From a virus (Duplodnaviria > Caudoviricetes), in IMG/VR virus record IMGVR_UViG_3300032280_000307, positions 1 through 32,148 of that record: a DNA stretch of 32,148 bases. The stretch is one strand, 5' to 3'. The notes under the pieces were generated by a model, which was not told the DNA's origin, searched no databases, and saw only the letters and a program-made list of their open reading frames with translations. Below are positions 9,687 through 19,281 of this stretch, in pieces; the stretch's first letter is position 1, and each line of letters begins with the position of its first letter. A program made the position numbers and the translations under genes.

Positions 9687-9964
9687 GTGTTCGGCAGCAC
9701 CTTAGAAACAGCAATACTAATTATTTTAATCATGCTCAGTGGGCTGTAACATCCAGCGGTAGGTTGATATGGGCAGGAATAGCCAGTTTTATTCATGCAA
9801 TTAATCCTTCTTGGTTTCCGGGAACCGCCGCTGGTATTGTAATAGATTTATATTTCTCAAGGTTGCACAATCATCCTAATCAGGAATATCAGGCTCTTAT
9901 TCAAGAGTATTCAGGCCGTGTCAGTGATAAAAAGTCAGCGGCAAACAACACATCAACAATGTAG
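9683..9964 (+). CDS. Small DUF6356-like protein
   Basis: HL...N..YF.H...A and hydrophobic ASFIHAINPSWF pattern. ATGA overlap with the ligase gene. Confidence 0.6.
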   Translation: MSVRQHLRNSNTNYFNHAQWAVTSSGRLIWAGIASFIHAINPSWFPGTAAGIVIDLYFSRLHNHPNQEYQALIQEYSGRVSDKKSAANNTSTM

Positions 9965-9966
9965 GA

Positions 9967-9990
9967 GAATAACATGACAGTAGATTTAGC
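9967..9990 (+). repeat. 24-bp direct repeat, copy 2
   Basis: Identical to 8180-8203. Contains the start of the 85-aa gene. Confidence 0.95.
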
Positions 9991-10231
9991 AAGCGAAATT
10001 TGGAATGAACTTAAACGCTACGTTAACACCGTGGACCGTCACGAAGCTGCAGAAGTTCTAGTATCTGTACTAGTAGATAACGACTGTGTTCCTGACGACA
10101 TTCGAGTTGCCTTTAAAGGCGACACGGATGTTAAAACAGCACTGGCTTCGTATATTCGAGATCTTGACGAAGAGCCCGAAGAGGAAGAGTACGAAGACGA
10201 AGATGATTTAGATTCTGAATATGAAGATTAA
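9974..10231 (+). CDS. Small protein with a highly acidic C-terminal tail
   Basis: SD AGGAG. Ends DEEPEEEEYEDEDDLDSEYED. Confidence 0.8.
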   Translation: MTVDLASEIWNELKRYVNTVDRHEAAEVLVSVLVDNDCVPDDIRVAFKGDTDVKTALASYIRDLDEEPEEEEYEDEDDLDSEYED

Positions 10232-10236
10232 ATTTA

Positions 10237-11427
10237 ATGACCGTTGTTGATAATTCTGTCAATACAAATTTTTACTGTAGTCAAAAATTTTGGTGGCTGT
10301 CTGTTGATTTGGCAAAACGGCAAACATTGAGTTGCTGTTCTGCTGATCCAATGTCCATTGACATGGCCTGGCTTGATCAACATCCTGGACAGTTGTTTAA
10401 TAGTCCACACCTTCAGCGGGAAAGAACAATGATGTTGCAGAATCAGCCAGTGGCCAGTTGCAACACTGCTTGTTGGCAACCAGAAAGTCAAGGAAAAACA
10501 AGCCGTAGGATGATTTTTAAAAGTAATATACTTGCAGAAACTGACGTGCAGGCAAGTCCTACTGAACTGAATATAATTGTTGGTAATGATTGCAACATGA
10601 CCTGCGTGTACTGTTGCAAACAATATAGTTCTGCATGGTTGCGTGATCTGTCTGAAAACGGCACATATCATGCAGTGGACACTGGTGACGATCGATTTGA
10701 AATCAACAATGTTGATCGTATTCTGCTACGAGTTAGCCAAAAAGCTCTGGATAAATCTGAATCAACCCAGCGTCTGTTGACCGAAATTCGCAGTATATTA
10801 TTGGCAAGCACTATTCGTCAGGTGCTAATAACCGGTGGTGAGCCCTTTCTTTATCTTGGACTGGCAGAGCTGGTAAAGTTAATTCCGTCTCATGTTAAAG
10901 TAATAATACAATCGGGGTTGGGAGTTGATAGTAGTCGATTATTGCAGGAACTCACTAAGTTACCTGTGTCACAGATTGAAATTGCAATCAGTGCCGAAAC
11001 CACTGACCAACACTATGAATTTGTGCGGCACGGCAATACCTGGAAACGATTCACTGAAAATATTCAAATTCTTAAAGATTGGCTAATACCTTACAATTTT
11101 TCTAGTGTTGTAAGTAATCTTACCATTCATAGAATCTCTGACTTTGTCAAGTACGCCGAAGGCGCTACTGTGCGATACTATCCATGCAACGATCCAGATT
11201 TTTTGTCAATCAGTGTATTGGATGTCATCGGCAAAGATCAAATCCTGCAATCACTAGATCAATTGCCGCCTGCATTAGCATCTATGATTGTGAAATCAAT
11301 TGCTGCTGAGCCAACTGAACTGCAACGCCGTAACTTAAATGAGTATGTGAATGAATTTTCAAAACGTAGAAACGTATTGCCATCTACTGTATTACCCCAG
11401 TCATTTCTGGAATGGATGGCCAAATGA
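10237..11427 (+). CDS. Radical SAM protein with an N-terminal Cys-rich (twitch/SPASM-like) region
   Basis: CNMTCVYC (CxxxCxxC), ITGGEPF, and N-terminal YC...SCC...CNTACW cysteines. Confidence 0.9.
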   Translation: MTVVDNSVNTNFYCSQKFWWLSVDLAKRQTLSCCSADPMSIDMAWLDQHPGQLFNSPHLQRERTMMLQNQPVASCNTACWQPESQGKTSRRMIFKSNILAETDVQASPTELNIIVGNDCNMTCVYCCKQYSSAWLRDLSENGTYHAVDTGDDRFEINNVDRILLRVSQKALDKSESTQRLLTEIRSILLASTIRQVLITGGEPFLYLGLAELVKLIPSHVKVIIQSGLGVDSSRLLQELTKLPVSQIEIAISAETTDQHYEFVRHGNTWKRFTENIQILKDWLIPYNFSSVVSNLTIHRISDFVKYAEGATVRYYPCNDPDFLSISVLDVIGKDQILQSLDQLPPALASMIVKSIAAEPTELQRRNLNEYVNEFSKRRNVLPSTVLPQSFLEWMAK

Positions 11428-11447
11428 CAACCTGCTGGGCATAACAT

Positions 11448-11900
11448 ATGTGGTATAATCGTGTCACTGCCAATCTAGGCGAAATTCCAGATTTTATTGC
11501 TCATTATGAAAATGAGTTAATTTCTGCACGTCGTGACTGTGCCATTGGTGGTATGGTTGAACGAAATATCACAGCACTACCTGGCATCACTGAACATCGG
11601 TTCAACCAACTACAAGAAATTGAAGCAGTGCTGAATTACTTAAATATTCAACTACGCAAGATACGACGTAGACATTTTCAAAAGTATCTAGAAGGGTACG
11701 CTCGAGCATTGACCAGTCGTGATGCCGAAAAGTATGTGGACGGTGAAGACGAAGTGATTGACTTTGAAACCATCATCAACGAAGTTGCGCTGTTACGTAA
11801 TCGTTTTTTGGGCATCATGAAAGCAATGGAAAGTAAAAACTTCATGCTGGGACATGTGGTAAGGCTGAGAGCAGCCGGTATGGAAGATATACAATTATGA
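11448..11900 (+). CDS. uvsY: Recombination mediator UvsY-like
   Basis: 150-aa helical protein with KYLEGYARALTSRDAEKYVDGE and C-terminal LRAAGMED. Near uvsX and ssb. Confidence 0.85.
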   Translation: MWYNRVTANLGEIPDFIAHYENELISARRDCAIGGMVERNITALPGITEHRFNQLQEIEAVLNYLNIQLRKIRRRHFQKYLEGYARALTSRDAEKYVDGEDEVIDFETIINEVALLRNRFLGIMKAMESKNFMLGHVVRLRAAGMEDIQL

Positions 11901-12655
11901 CATTTAGAAATCACGACGAAAGTCACGCACACAGTTTGCAAACACTCAACACACTGTTTGAGTATGACGACTTCATGGAAAGTATTGGTACCTTAGTTGA
12001 CCTTGGTTGCGGAACCGGGTTAGACTTGGAATGGTGGGCAACAAGAACAACCAGAGACGACGCACCTGTTCCGTTAAACATTCGTTGCACAGGCATTGAT
12101 CAAGTACCTGCACCAGCAGTTGTTAGGAAATATTCTAACATTGTTTACAATATATTAGATTTTGAAAGCACAGAAAAGATGTCTAAAAAGTCAAAATTTG
12201 ATGTGCTGTGGTGCCACGACGCTTTTCAATATTGTATTAATCCATTGACGACCCTGGCCAAATGGAATCGCATTGCCGAAGATGGTGGCATGTTGATTAT
12301 GGCAGTACCACAGACCACAAATATGGACATACGTCAGTTGTCGTTTGTGCAACCCAGTGGCTGTTATTATCATCACACTGTAGTCAGTTTGATGCACATG
12401 TTGGCTGTGAATGGGTGGGACTGTAAATCAGGTTTTTTTCAGAAAAAACCCAACGACGATTTTATACATGTGATTGCGTATAAAAGCGACCATGCTCCAA
12501 TGGATCCAAAAACTACCACCTGGTACGAACTGGCAGAAAAGAATCTATTGCCCGACACAGCCACTGCCAGTGTTCAACGACACGGCTGTGTTAGACAGCA
12601 AGACCTTGTACTGTCCTGGATTGACAAGAATCTATCTTGGTTAGGGCAACAGTAG
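11897..12655 (+). CDS. Class I SAM-dependent methyltransferase
   Basis: Motif I LVDLGCGTG, FDVLWCHDAFQY and GGMLIMAVP. Confidence 0.85.
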   Translation: MTFRNHDESHAHSLQTLNTLFEYDDFMESIGTLVDLGCGTGLDLEWWATRTTRDDAPVPLNIRCTGIDQVPAPAVVRKYSNIVYNILDFESTEKMSKKSKFDVLWCHDAFQYCINPLTTLAKWNRIAEDGGMLIMAVPQTTNMDIRQLSFVQPSGCYYHHTVVSLMHMLAVNGWDCKSGFFQKKPNDDFIHVIAYKSDHAPMDPKTTTWYELAEKNLLPDTATASVQRHGCVRQQDLVLSWIDKNLSWLGQQ

Positions 12656-13474
12656 TCGTTTGAGCGGCAACCCGGTAGCAATCTCGTCAAGATACCATTC
12701 GGTACATGCTAATTTTTCTAACCACTCTGTTCGGTCTGGTCTAGCAGGATCATTGATTGTAGATAAATCTGTGTTGCCAACTGCCGAGGCCAAGCTACTG
12801 CTGTGTACAAATGCAGGAACACCATTTAAGATAGCCTGTGTGCCTGGTCCACTGTTGTGGTTGACCACTGCCCAGGCAGTTGACAAACACTGTTCATAAT
12901 TAAAACTGTCGTATGTTCCTTGTACAGGCTTGGGCATTTCAATAACACACCCGGGGATGTCACTGATACGCTGTCTCGGATGCGGTCTTACTACAATAGG
13001 TCGATCGGTGTATTTTCTAATGGTCATGGCAGTTTCAGTTAGCCAAGCCACAGTGGGCGGCTGACCTGCCCATTGCTCCGAGTCTGATCGTTGTGCGGCA
13101 ATCACAATGTTGAGGCCAGAGTTGGTCCAGGGTCTTGCTTCTAGTCTGAGCTGTGCGGCTCTGCCTGGAATCAAGTCTCGTCCGTAGTAGGCTGTGTTGC
13201 CGGTTCCGTTGACACCCAATTTCCACGTGCTGCCACGTCGTAGCATACCTACTTCAACTACAATAACAGGTTTGTTGGCGCTACGGAATGTTTCCCAGAC
13301 ACCGCGATTGTTCTTCATACGACCGTGCCACAGTTGACTCCAAATAACAGCAACATCTGCTGAACTATCCATGCTGTTGTGTTCAATGCCTAACTGATCA
13401 AGCCCTGCACGTATGGCCGTAAATACCGGCGTACTGTTAAGCGCACCATATTGATCAAAAATACTCACTCTCAT
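12641..13474 (-). CDS. KpsC/KpsS-like (capsule-synthesis family) glycosyltransferase-like protein
   Basis: IVVRPHP and NHNSGPGTQAILNGVP motifs. Paralog of 14265-15185. Confidence 0.55.
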   Translation of the reverse strand: MRVSIFDQYGALNSTPVFTAIRAGLDQLGIEHNSMDSSADVAVIWSQLWHGRMKNNRGVWETFRSANKPVIVVEVGMLRRGSTWKLGVNGTGNTAYYGRDLIPGRAAQLRLEARPWTNSGLNIVIAAQRSDSEQWAGQPPTVAWLTETAMTIRKYTDRPIVVRPHPRQRISDIPGCVIEMPKPVQGTYDSFNYEQCLSTAWAVVNHNSGPGTQAILNGVPAFVHSSSLASAVGNTDLSTINDPARPDRTEWLEKLACTEWYLDEIATGLPLKRLLLP

Positions 13475-13484
13475 AAATTATCCA

Positions 13485-13496
13485 TTAAATATTTAA
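13485..13496. promoter_or_regulatory. Palindromic TTAAATATTTAA: TAAATA late-type motif on both strands between divergent genes
   Basis: Perfect 12-bp palindrome in the 24-bp gap between ATG 13474(-) and ATG 13499(+). Confidence 0.55.
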
Positions 13497-13498
13497 CC

Positions 13499-14293
13499 AT
13501 GATTATACCATCCCTGCAAGGAACTTGCACACAACAAAAGTTTTTTATCTACGCAGCCTGCGACCAAAAATACTTTGATGAGTTTGGACAAGAATTCATA
13601 CACAGCATACAACAAAACACCAACATGGGAATTCACATGCATGTGTTCAATCCCACAGAGCAACAGATTGCATTTTGCAATACCAGTGCCAATGTATCTA
13701 TGACATATGAACATGTGCCGATAGATTTGTTTCAACCGGCCGCTGACAAATGGAATCGTGTGCCAACCGCAGAACCTTTAAAGTCACAGTACGATCGTAC
13801 ACTCAATGCCATGGGCAAAGGACGAGATACCGACATACAGGAACGTATGCAAAAAACATACTATGCCTGTGCGAGATTTGTTAGACTTGCACAGTTGTTT
13901 CAATCAACACCGGCGTTGTGTGTGGATGTTGATGCTGTGGTTAGAAAATCCATTCCAGATCTCGGAACAGCACATGATTTTTTTATACACAGAATAACAG
14001 GAAAGAAAGCTAGATTTTTAGCCGGCGGCTTGTACCTCAATCCCACTGATCCTACACGTAAATTCCTACAAGAATATGCAGATCAACTGACTCGGTATAT
14101 CAGTCAGGATTACATATATTGGGGATTGGATCAAGACCTGTTGGATCCTATTGTGCCACAATACAATTTTGGACAACTTCCAATTAGTTGTATTGACTGG
14201 GACATGCGAGACAGCAGTTGCATTTGGACAGCCAAGGGCACTAGAAAAGAACTAGCGGCCTTTGTTAGCGAGAAGCAGAAATATAGTTCTTGA
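13499..14293 (+). CDS. GT-A fold nucleotide-sugar transferase-like protein
   Basis: YAACDQKY, YYACARF, DxD motif CVDVDAVV and WGLDQDLL. Start moved to ATG 13499 to avoid overlapping the divergent gene. Confidence 0.65.
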   Translation: MIIPSLQGTCTQQKFFIYAACDQKYFDEFGQEFIHSIQQNTNMGIHMHVFNPTEQQIAFCNTSANVSMTYEHVPIDLFQPAADKWNRVPTAEPLKSQYDRTLNAMGKGRDTDIQERMQKTYYACARFVRLAQLFQSTPALCVDVDAVVRKSIPDLGTAHDFFIHRITGKKARFLAGGLYLNPTDPTRKFLQEYADQLTRYISQDYIYWGLDQDLLDPIVPQYNFGQLPISCIDWDMRDSSCIWTAKGTRKELAAFVSEKQKYSS

Positions 14294-15185
14294 TTGCGGC
14301 CCACAACTGGCCAGCACGTACCTCATCGTTGCTCCAGTGTATGTTGGCAATTTTGTGTATCCACTCAGATCGATCGGGCATGGGCGGATTTAATATTTGA
14401 CTTATGTCCGTAAATGCCACGTCAGCGGCCCAACTGTGTTTGGGATCTTCAATGTATCCTGGAACTCCTTCAATGGCAGCCACCACGTTGGGAGTCGAGT
14501 TGTATCCAACAGTGCACCAGCAATTAATCAAATCATCTCGTATATTGTCCTTGTCTGACACTAGAATACGTTTACCGTAGCGTTTTTGTATTTTTTCAAT
14601 TTGTTTAAATCTTGATCCATCACCTGGGTGCATACGCACAATGATAGCACGTTTGGGTTCATATTTACGAATCTTATCAATAGTTTTATCTAGCCATTGG
14701 TCTTGATCATTGCCAAACATGTTCCATCCTTTTGGCCGTTGACACAAGATCAATATGTGTTGACCACGCCCGCCTTCTCTCCAGGGTTTAAGTTCTGCAC
14801 CGTGCCACTGGCTGTATGTTGTCCACTTGTTGCGATCTAACTGTTGAAAAAAATATTCACCGTTGCCAGGATACACGCTGTTGAGACTATAGCGGTGCCA
14901 TTCGTGTTCTTTTCTTGCGTAGTGTAAAATGTTGCTGTCTACAAATATTGGTGGTGTTTTTTGTGCTTTAAGACTGGTGATAATTTTATTTCTAAAGTTA
15001 TCTTCCAGTGTATAACCCAGTACAAATCCTGCATCTAGCGGTTGGTCTGGTAATGTGTTTCCGCGGTATTCAATAACTTCATCGCCCTGACTTACAACCC
15101 CATCTTTGAAGTTGTCCATTAGCATTGTTTTGTTTGAAAACTTAGCCGGATTGCTAATCGAGTTATAAAATATACCCACCTTCAT
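14265..15185 (-). CDS. KpsC/KpsS-like glycosyltransferase-like protein
   Basis: IIVRMHPG, YNSTPNVVAAIEGVP and PDRSEW..K.A...W motifs shared with 12641-13474. Confidence 0.55.
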   Translation of the reverse strand: MKVGIFYNSISNPAKFSNKTMLMDNFKDGVVSQGDEVIEYRGNTLPDQPLDAGFVLGYTLEDNFRNKIITSLKAQKTPPIFVDSNILHYARKEHEWHRYSLNSVYPGNGEYFFQQLDRNKWTTYSQWHGAELKPWREGGRGQHILILCQRPKGWNMFGNDQDQWLDKTIDKIRKYEPKRAIIVRMHPGDGSRFKQIEKIQKRYGKRILVSDKDNIRDDLINCWCTVGYNSTPNVVAAIEGVPGYIEDPKHSWAADVAFTDISQILNPPMPDRSEWIHKIANIHWSNDEVRAGQLWAAIKNYISASR

Positions 15186-16012
15186 TGTACAATACCTGTT
15201 GATGCTGTAATAATTAATTCTTTGTAATCGTCGTCGATCACTTCTGCTTCCATAATCTTGTTCCAGTCTTTGCTTTTGGTCATAGACACATTGCCTTCTT
15301 CTGGAAGTGTATTTCTGCCCATGAGATAATTGTGCATGTACATGGGTGTAATGTATTGATTGATAGCATTGTCAGCTGGGTACCAGTAGGGTCTGTAAAA
15401 TTTAATTAATCCCAGGGCAGCGTCAGGGGTCAGTGCATATCCACTGGCACCCGGCATGCTGAAATTTTTCCAAGGCACTGCACGTGGAATGCCTGTGGGA
15501 TTTTCTAAATAAGTTTTATTAGGCTCTGTTAGGAAACTTGACTTACCCAAACTTAATATCAGTACACCGGTAAATGAAACTGGATTCCATCCTCGATAAA
15601 ATTTGACATCATCTTCAAAAATCATTATGGGTTCGTTGAGTTGAACGCACTTGTCCCACAACGCATAATGACTATAAAAACAGCCCACTACACCGGGACG
15701 ACTCAGTTTACCTATATGATCTTCGCCAATGCGTTGGCGTTCTGCAATAGTATAATGATATTTCTCTTTGAATTCATCGTACAGTTCGGGCCGGATCAGT
15801 CTCCTGAGATCTTCATCGCCAATGTTTCGATTTTTAATGCTGTACGGATACAAGATTTTTTTAGATTTGGTCGCAAGTTTTACAGCATGGTCTCCTGGAA
15901 TACCTTCAAACAGTTCAGCATCGAGCTTGTATGATTTTAATGTCTCGAGCATGTAGGCCGAGTGGTGGACACTATGCTCGCGGTCTGGTAAGTAAATTAT
16001 GAAGGCTTTCAT
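15182..16012 (-). CDS. Glycosyltransferase family 25 (LgtB/Lex2-like)
   Basis: AFIIYL, GVVGCFYSHYALW, IMIFEDDV, GASGYALTP.AA and PAD. Confidence 0.88.
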   Translation of the reverse strand: MKAFIIYLPDREHSVHHSAYMLETLKSYKLDAELFEGIPGDHAVKLATKSKKILYPYSIKNRNIGDEDLRRLIRPELYDEFKEKYHYTIAERQRIGEDHIGKLSRPGVVGCFYSHYALWDKCVQLNEPIMIFEDDVKFYRGWNPVSFTGVLILSLGKSSFLTEPNKTYLENPTGIPRAVPWKNFSMPGASGYALTPDAALGLIKFYRPYWYPADNAINQYITPMYMHNYLMGRNTLPEEGNVSMTKSKDWNKIMEAEVIDDDYKELIITASTGIVQ

Positions 16013-16018
16013 GATGAA

Positions 16019-16044
16019 TAAATAATATTAGTAGTTTATTTATA
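16019..16044. promoter_or_regulatory. Overlapping divergent late-type promoters
   Basis: TAAATA on + (16019-16024) and a perfect T4 late consensus TATAAATA on - (16037-16044). Confidence 0.55.
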
Positions 16045-16059
16045 GCAAAGGAATACTGG

Positions 16060-16728
16060 GTGCAAGATACTTTTGAATCGTTAGGCTTAGAGTACAGAGA
16101 AAGCCGCCGGCATCCTGGATCATGGTTGTGGCCCCAAGACGATGTCTGGGCATGGAAATGGCTAAACAAAATAGGACATTGGGATTTACCTGTACAAATA
16201 TCTGAGCTGTGTGAAAATAAAAACCTAGTGATTCAAGCCGGCGGCAATGCTGGACTTTATCCCAAGCAATACAGTCGACTATTCCAGTCTGTTATCACCA
16301 TGGAACCGGACTATAAAAACTTCACTTGCCTGTGTCACAATGTTCCTGAAGAAAATGTTACAAAGTATCAGGTGGCTGTAGGCAATGTAGAATCGTCAAT
16401 TGAATTGGAAACCAATCCCAGGTGGAATGAAACCAACACCGGCGCTTTAAAAATAAAAGGGCACGGCGATATAAAACAAATCACAATTGATTCATTGAAT
16501 GTCGATCCTGATCTGATACACTTGGATATAGAAGGATTTGAAGCATTTGCATTGTTGGGCGCACAGGAAACAATTGCTAGATCAACTCCGTTAATTGTAT
16601 TGGAAACCAATGGCAGTGGTGACGAATTTGGATGGACCCAGGAAAAAATTGACAATCTGTTGAGTTCTTGGAATTATAAAATTTATATAGAATGGGGCCA
16701 TGATACTGTGTACAAGTATGCTGGTTAA
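16060..16728 (+). CDS. FkbM-family methyltransferase
   Basis: IQAGGNAG, ITMEP, TIDSL, LIHLDIEGFEAFALLGA and PLIVLE. GTG start with AAGGA SD. Confidence 0.88.
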   Translation: MQDTFESLGLEYRESRRHPGSWLWPQDDVWAWKWLNKIGHWDLPVQISELCENKNLVIQAGGNAGLYPKQYSRLFQSVITMEPDYKNFTCLCHNVPEENVTKYQVAVGNVESSIELETNPRWNETNTGALKIKGHGDIKQITIDSLNVDPDLIHLDIEGFEAFALLGAQETIARSTPLIVLETNGSGDEFGWTQEKIDNLLSSWNYKIYIEWGHDTVYKYAG

Positions 16729-16732
16729 TGTT

Positions 16733-17272
16733 ATGAGAACACTAGAACAACTGCAACAAGACTTTGTTGAATTACGAATACATCCTACCAAATGGCTAGG
16801 CGACAGTCCAACCAGGTTTGATACTTACAAAAAGTATGCTGGCCTAGTTGATACTATAGTCGAGTTTGGAGTTTATACCGGACTCAGCACCTGTGCTTGG
16901 CTGGCCGGAAATCCAAAAAAATTACGTAGCTACGACATTACCGATTCAAACTTAACTGTTCTTGATGAACTAAAAAATTGTGCCAAACAAAACAACATTG
17001 ATTTTGAGTTTGCGATTGCCAACAGTTTAGAAATAGATATTGAACCTTGTGACTTACTATTCATTGACACAGTACACACTAAACCACACTGTTTGGCTGA
17101 ATTAGATCGACACAATAAACATGCTGGTCGGTACATTATTCTACATGATCCCACTGCTTGGCCAGGTGTATTTGAAGCAGTGATTACTTTCTTACATTAC
17201 AATCAAGACTGGCATATTGTAGAACACTGCAACAAAGGGTCAGGCTTACTGGTACTAGAACGATATGCTTAA
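16733..17272 (+). CDS. Class I SAM-dependent methyltransferase (Methyltransf_24-like)
   Basis: IVEFGVYTGLST, DLLFIDTVH and IILHD. Start uncertain (16700 or 16733). Confidence 0.75.
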   Translation: MRTLEQLQQDFVELRIHPTKWLGDSPTRFDTYKKYAGLVDTIVEFGVYTGLSTCAWLAGNPKKLRSYDITDSNLTVLDELKNCAKQNNIDFEFAIANSLEIDIEPCDLLFIDTVHTKPHCLAELDRHNKHAGRYIILHDPTAWPGVFEAVITFLHYNQDWHIVEHCNKGSGLLVLERYA

Positions 17273-17906
17273 TGTAGCATGTGTGTTGCGCCAAGGCGGC
17301 AAGGTTGGATATGATGCCACCTGGGTTGATAAACTACAACGTGGAGTTGAGCGAAATTTGACTATTCCGCACCGCTTTGTGTGTTTCAGCGACTGCCCTG
17401 TCAACTGTGAGCGAATTGAATTACTACCTGGCGACCATGGATTCTGGTCAAAACTGCAAATGTTCAAACCCAAAGCACTGTCAGGGCCGACTTTGTACAT
17501 AGACCTAGACACTGTGATCTGCGGCAATATTGATCAAATAGTCAAACGTATACAACGGCAAAAATTTGTAATGTGGATCGAAGCAGATAAAAATATACAC
17601 TCCAGTGCATTTATGTACTGGAAAGGTAACCACAGTTATCTCTGGGATATCTTTACCAGTAAACCACTCAGCCATTGGGAATCTTTGTACAGTGCTCCAC
17701 CGTTGTATGGAGATCAAGCCATCATAAGTGAAAATACCCAGCACACTGTATTAACTGATCATTGCCCTGCAGAATGGTTTCACATAGCATCACGCCGAGA
17801 TGAACGCATAGATCTTGATGCAGTAAAAATGTTAATGTTTAGAAAAGTATCGCAAAAACCCAGTACCATGGGCAATAACCCATTGGTTCAATCACACTGG
17901 ATTTGA
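17265..17906 (+). CDS. GT-A (GT8-like) glycosyltransferase
   Basis: WSKLQMF, DxD in LYIDLDTVI, SSAFMYW and GDQ. Paralog of 20071-20796. Confidence 0.7.
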   Translation: MLNVACVLRQGGKVGYDATWVDKLQRGVERNLTIPHRFVCFSDCPVNCERIELLPGDHGFWSKLQMFKPKALSGPTLYIDLDTVICGNIDQIVKRIQRQKFVMWIEADKNIHSSAFMYWKGNHSYLWDIFTSKPLSHWESLYSAPPLYGDQAIISENTQHTVLTDHCPAEWFHIASRRDERIDLDAVKMLMFRKVSQKPSTMGNNPLVQSHWI

Positions 17907-18598
17907 TCTCTTAGATCATTGAATACTTTTATCACAGGAGCTAGGTCAATAGATCCAACAGAAAACACCGGCTGTTTGACACTTGACAGTTCGGGATCAA
18001 TGCCCATGGCCAAGTAGTGATCTAAGAACTTGGTGCCATCGCCTTTGAGTGGGTCAAATTCCAACAGTGCTGTTGGAATGCCATACGCATGTCCTGTTAT
18101 TACTCCGTGAAGCGAACTGGCTGCAATGGTCCTGCACTGAGTTATTTCATCTAAGGTTCTCAGTGGATCATCGGTGCGCATGTTGACCACATGATGTTTG
18201 GGATAGCGAGCACGGACACTTTCGTACTGACTCCAATGTGGAATCAATCCATAGTCGTACTTTTTTGTAGCCGAATCTCTCAGCAACGGCAACAGCATTG
18301 CTGGATCTCCGTATATTTCTGGACATTCACCTCCGTTATCCAGCACATGCTGCCTGGTCAGCGGTCCTCTAACAAAGCGATAATCAGCCAGTGGATCACA
18401 TCCGTTGTTGTAGCCCAATATTCCAGATCCCAATACAACAGTACCGGGTCTGGCTTTTTTAATGATTGACCCTGTACTGATAGCTTCATAGTCATCTTTA
18501 GAATACTCGCACGGTATTTTAAAATGGTCTAGAATTATCGTAGTAATTACATCTCCAAAGTTTCCGGGGTATGCCCCGGTCCACCACCAAAATTTCAT
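17888..18598 (-). CDS. Polysaccharide pyruvyltransferase family protein
   Basis: GNFGD, GSG, VRGPLT, GDPAMLL, IPH and SSLHGVITGHAYGIP. Confidence 0.88.
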   Translation of the reverse strand: MKFWWWTGAYPGNFGDVITTIILDHFKIPCEYSKDDYEAISTGSIIKKARPGTVVLGSGILGYNNGCDPLADYRFVRGPLTRQHVLDNGGECPEIYGDPAMLLPLLRDSATKKYDYGLIPHWSQYESVRARYPKHHVVNMRTDDPLRTLDEITQCRTIAASSLHGVITGHAYGIPTALLEFDPLKGDGTKFLDHYLAMGIDPELSSVKQPVFSVGSIDLAPVIKVFNDLRDQIQCD

Positions 18599-19281
18599 AC
18601 ACCGTCTCGTTGCAAACAGTATTCAGTTAAGATGCGTTCTCTGTGCCACTCGCTGCCTTGTGGTGTGTTGGCAAACTCTTGGAAGCAAGGTGCGCCCAAG
18701 GTATAGTGCAATAGCTTGGCCTCAGGATTCTCGCCGTACTCATCGGGCAACCAGTTCCATTCTGGTGGCAGTTCCCCAATGCGACTGTCGTCTAACCAGG
18801 TAAAACGATGTAACTCAGCACCAGTGGCATTTTCAATAAACGCAGGAGTTAACCGACGATTGGGATGACTGTTACAGTTCCACAGAATAACGCTTGACCA
18901 ATTTTTTCTAGGATAGTCTTCATTCTTTGCTCCTAGATATTTCACAGGCATTTTTGTTTTGTAGTCATGTTTGACAACCATCACATCATTGTAGGGATTT
19001 TGTAAATTCCAAAGTTCAGTGATATCACCGCGTACAATCATATCTCCATCAATAAAGATTGCCCATCCAGTGTAGTCTGTCAAGTGCGGCACAAGGAAAC
19101 GACTGTAGATAAAGTGATTGCTGCCGTCAGTGTGTGTTTCTTTATAGTCTTGAAACAGGTTCAGTGCCAACGGAATAATACAAACAGGTCTACTGGCCTG
19201 ACGTATGATTGAATTGGCACACACATGAAATGCAATGGCTTCTCTAGGGTCGTAGCCAATGAAAATAGGGATTGGTTTCAT
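18595..19281 (-). CDS. GT-A glycosyltransferase (GT8/CDI-like)
   Basis: IFIGYDPRE, FIYSRFLVP, FIDGDM, YPRKNWSSV, EWNWL and LHYTLGAP. Confidence 0.8.
   Translation of the reverse strand: MKPIPIFIGYDPREAIAFHVCANSIIRQASRPVCIIPLALNLFQDYKETHTDGSNHFIYSRFLVPHLTDYTGWAIFIDGDMIVRGDITELWNLQNPYNDVMVVKHDYKTKMPVKYLGAKNEDYPRKNWSSVILWNCNSHPNRRLTPAFIENATGAELHRFTWLDDSRIGELPPEWNWLPDEYGENPEAKLLHYTLGAPCFQEFANTPQGSEWHRERILTEYCLQRDGV

Noticed and set aside
8180-9990. IS element or integrative element
   Set aside because: No transposase or integrase and no terminal inverted repeats. Kept only as a repeat-bounded cassette.
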